A stretch of DNA of 64,000 bases from Giardia intestinalis. Its lineage: Eukaryota. How positions within the stretch are numbered: position 1 is the stretch's first letter; each line of letters starts with the position of its first letter. The DNA is taken from NCBI GenBank assembly GCA_000002435.2, contig CM018789.1; one strand, given 5' to 3'. The position numbers and the translations under genes are program-made. The notes beneath the pieces were generated by a model. The model worked only from the letters and a program-made list of their open reading frames with translations, was not told where the DNA came from and searched no databases. Below are positions 62,493 through 64,000 of the stretch, one piece after another.

Positions 62493-64000
62493 TTACTCGT
62501 GAGCTCGTGGAGCAGCTTGGTGATCGTTGCAGTCATCGGCGCCCGGTGTACGGCTGTCCCTAAGGAAGGATGCTATCTCAGAGTAGCCCTTGGCCTCAAG
62601 CTTATCAAAGAAGGATTCATTAGACTTGTCTATTAGATGCCCCTCCTTTTCAAATAGCAGCTTCACTATCTCTAAGCGGCCGCCATACGCTGCGTGCACG
62701 ATAGCGGGTAAGCCATGGGGATCCAGCATGCAGCCTTCGCGCTCCATCAACAGCTGCACTACTTCTGCATGATTCTCAGAGGCAGCCTTCATGAGGGCGG
62801 TCGCACCACAACCATCCCGTGCCCTACTCTCATATGGCATCAGCAGTCGTACTGCTGCTACGTGGCCGCATATTGCTGCTTGTATTAGCGCTGTCCCAGT
62901 AGGTGCCAATCGCTTCTTCTGGACGGGTATGAGTGCGCTTACTGCTAATGTGTCGTTTCTTTTCGCGGCCCGCATGAGCGCTGTGACGCCCCTATCATCG
63001 GTTGGGTCGAGAGCCTCCACCACAGCTTCGTGTCCTGCCTCTGCCGCAAGGATCAGGGCCGTGTTGCCTTGTCTGTCGGTCAGGTCCTCCTCGTACGGAG
63101 CCAGAACAGAAGCAGCCTCCGCATGGCCCTCCTGTGCAGCAATCATCAGAGCAGTACGGCCGTTCTTGCTCTTCCTCCCATGCTCATGAGGGATGAGAAT
63201 CCTAGCTACCTCAGGATGGTTCCCGTGTGCGGCGTGCATGAGCGCGGTCCAGCCGTTTTTATCTTTGAGACCCTTCTCCTTCTCAACAAGCAGCTTGACA
63301 GGACCAATGTGCCCCTGCTGGGCCGCGTGCATGAGGGCCGTCATCCCCCGCTCGTCGCGCTGACCGATACAATCTTTCTCGTTGGCCAGCATCTGGACAG
63401 TCTCCATGTCATTCGTGTGTGCAGCGTATATCAGTTGAGGCAGCGCGGAGAGGTTGATCTGGGGGCTACTCGTGTTCATCCCACTACTAGATTGTGCAAG
63501 CTTATCCTCCAGTGCCTTAATCATGGCTAAATACTCCTTGCACTGATCTTCAAGCGCGTCGATCCTGGTGGTCTTGAGTCGGGGCTCCTGTCCCAGGGCG
63601 TCGGCCTCACTTGGCCTGTTCTCAAGAGCGCCCTTTAGAGAGGCAATCTCAGCAGACCTGGCGTCGAGGGCTGCCTCAAGAGCAGTGACCTTATCCGACT
63701 CGACCTTGAGCTCGTCCTTCAGAAGCACGATATTAGCATTAGCACTGTTCAAAGCAGCCTCCAAGGCGCTGCATTTGTCTTCTAGTGCCACACACCGATG
63801 CCCCAGCTCACTAACTGGGATTTCTGCTGTGGCGAGCGTCTCGTGCAGCTCCCTGGCCGTCGGCCTCCTCTCTGGCTCCAGCACGAATATCCTTTCCAGA
63901 ATGCTCTTTATGAAGCCATCAGTGACACCGCTCAGGTTCGGCCTCCACCCGTCAACGAAGACGTCTTTTGGGTCTTTACCTTCTAGGAAGTCCGGTCTCC
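62493..64000 (-). CDS. NEK-like kinase/ankyrin protein (right inverted-repeat copy, 5' end beyond window)
   Basis: Stop at 62493; near-identical to the C-terminal 500 or so residues of 11403..13577 (a few substitutions, for example QQGHIGPVKLLVEKEKG against QQGHGGPVELLVKKEKG). The kinase domain start lies beyond position 64000. Confidence 0.75.
   Translation of the reverse strand, partial: RPDFLEGKDPKDVFVDGWRPNLSGVTDGFIKSILERIFVLEPERRPTARELHETLATAEIPVSELGHRCVALEDKCSALEAALNSANANIVLLKDELKVESDKVTALEAALDARSAEIASLKGALENRPSEADALGQEPRLKTTRIDALEDQCKEYLAMIKALEDKLAQSSSGMNTSSPQINLSALPQLIYAAHTNDMETVQMLANEKDCIGQRDERGMTALMHAAQQGHIGPVKLLVEKEKGLKDKNGWTALMHAAHGNHPEVARILIPHEHGRKSKNGRTALMIAAQEGHAEAASVLAPYEEDLTDRQGNTALILAAEAGHEAVVEALDPTDDRGVTALMRAAKRNDTLAVSALIPVQKKRLAPTGTALIQAAICGHVAAVRLLMPYESRARDGCGATALMKAASENHAEVVQLLMEREGCMLDPHGLPAIVHAAYGGRLEIVKLLFEKEGHLIDKSNESFFDKLEAKGYSEIASFLRDSRTPGADDCNDHQAAPRAHE

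Larger units (their letters stand above)
57763..64000. repeat. Right arm of the large inverted repeat (pairs with 12069..18209; continues beyond the window end)
   Basis: Reverse complement of the left arm at about 99% identity, with a roughly 98-bp indel near 58390..58500 and a 1-bp indel. The inner boundary at 57763 is identical through ...agtttgagagg. Confidence 0.9.

Noticed and set aside
1-64000. Prokaryotic-style defence or mobile systems (CRISPR arrays, restriction-modification, toxin-antitoxin, integrases) and tRNA/rRNA genes
   Set aside because: Gene content and signals are eukaryotic (kinesins, MCM, proteasome, MYST HAT, Giardia poly(A) signals). I found no direct-repeat/spacer arrays and no tRNA-like GTTCRA T-loop motifs in the intergenic regions, although a proper tRNAscan or Rfam run was not possible.

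Overview
This 64-kb window looks like a nuclear region of a diplomonad, most likely a Giardia-type genome. That call is an inference from the sequence itself. The genes are intron-less and densely packed, with short AT-rich intergenic initiators and AGTRAAY motifs on or just after stop codons, which is the Giardia polyadenylation signal. The gene families fit too: NEK-like kinases and pseudokinases fused to ankyrin repeats, 'Protein 21.1'-type ankyrin proteins, and a fragment carrying the conserved transmembrane helix of a variant-specific surface protein (VSP) (…STGAIAGISVAVIVVVGGLVGFLC…). The core of the window is about 48% GC and encodes ordinary housekeeping and cytoskeletal genes. These are an MCM helicase, a 26S proteasome RPN1/PSMD2 subunit, a MYST histone acetyltransferase, glutamate-cysteine ligase, two kinesins, an LC8 dynein light chain, an ABCC-type ABC transporter and leucine-rich-repeat proteins. 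The most striking feature is a large, near-identical (about 99%) inverted repeat. The left arm covers at least 12069..18209 and the right arm 57763..64000, running off the window edge, with about 39.5 kb of core genes between them. Each arm carries a NEK-ankyrin gene, an ankyrin+RING gene and a GC-rich frameshifted gene. The inner edge of the left arm cuts off the 5' end of the ABC transporter gene, which also carries an in-frame TAG. A second rearrangement scar lies at about 22.3 kb, where a VPS4 AAA-ATPase C-terminal fragment and a VSP-like C-terminal fragment meet head-to-head, both missing their 5' parts. Two blocks of about 60-65% GC (about 8.1-17.3 kb and 56.8-64 kb) coincide with the repeat arms. 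In those blocks the supplied ORF track is full of long ORFs on both strands that are probably composition artefacts. I found no prokaryotic-style defence systems, CRISPR arrays or tRNA/rRNA genes. All coordinates and domain calls were made by eye, without database searches.
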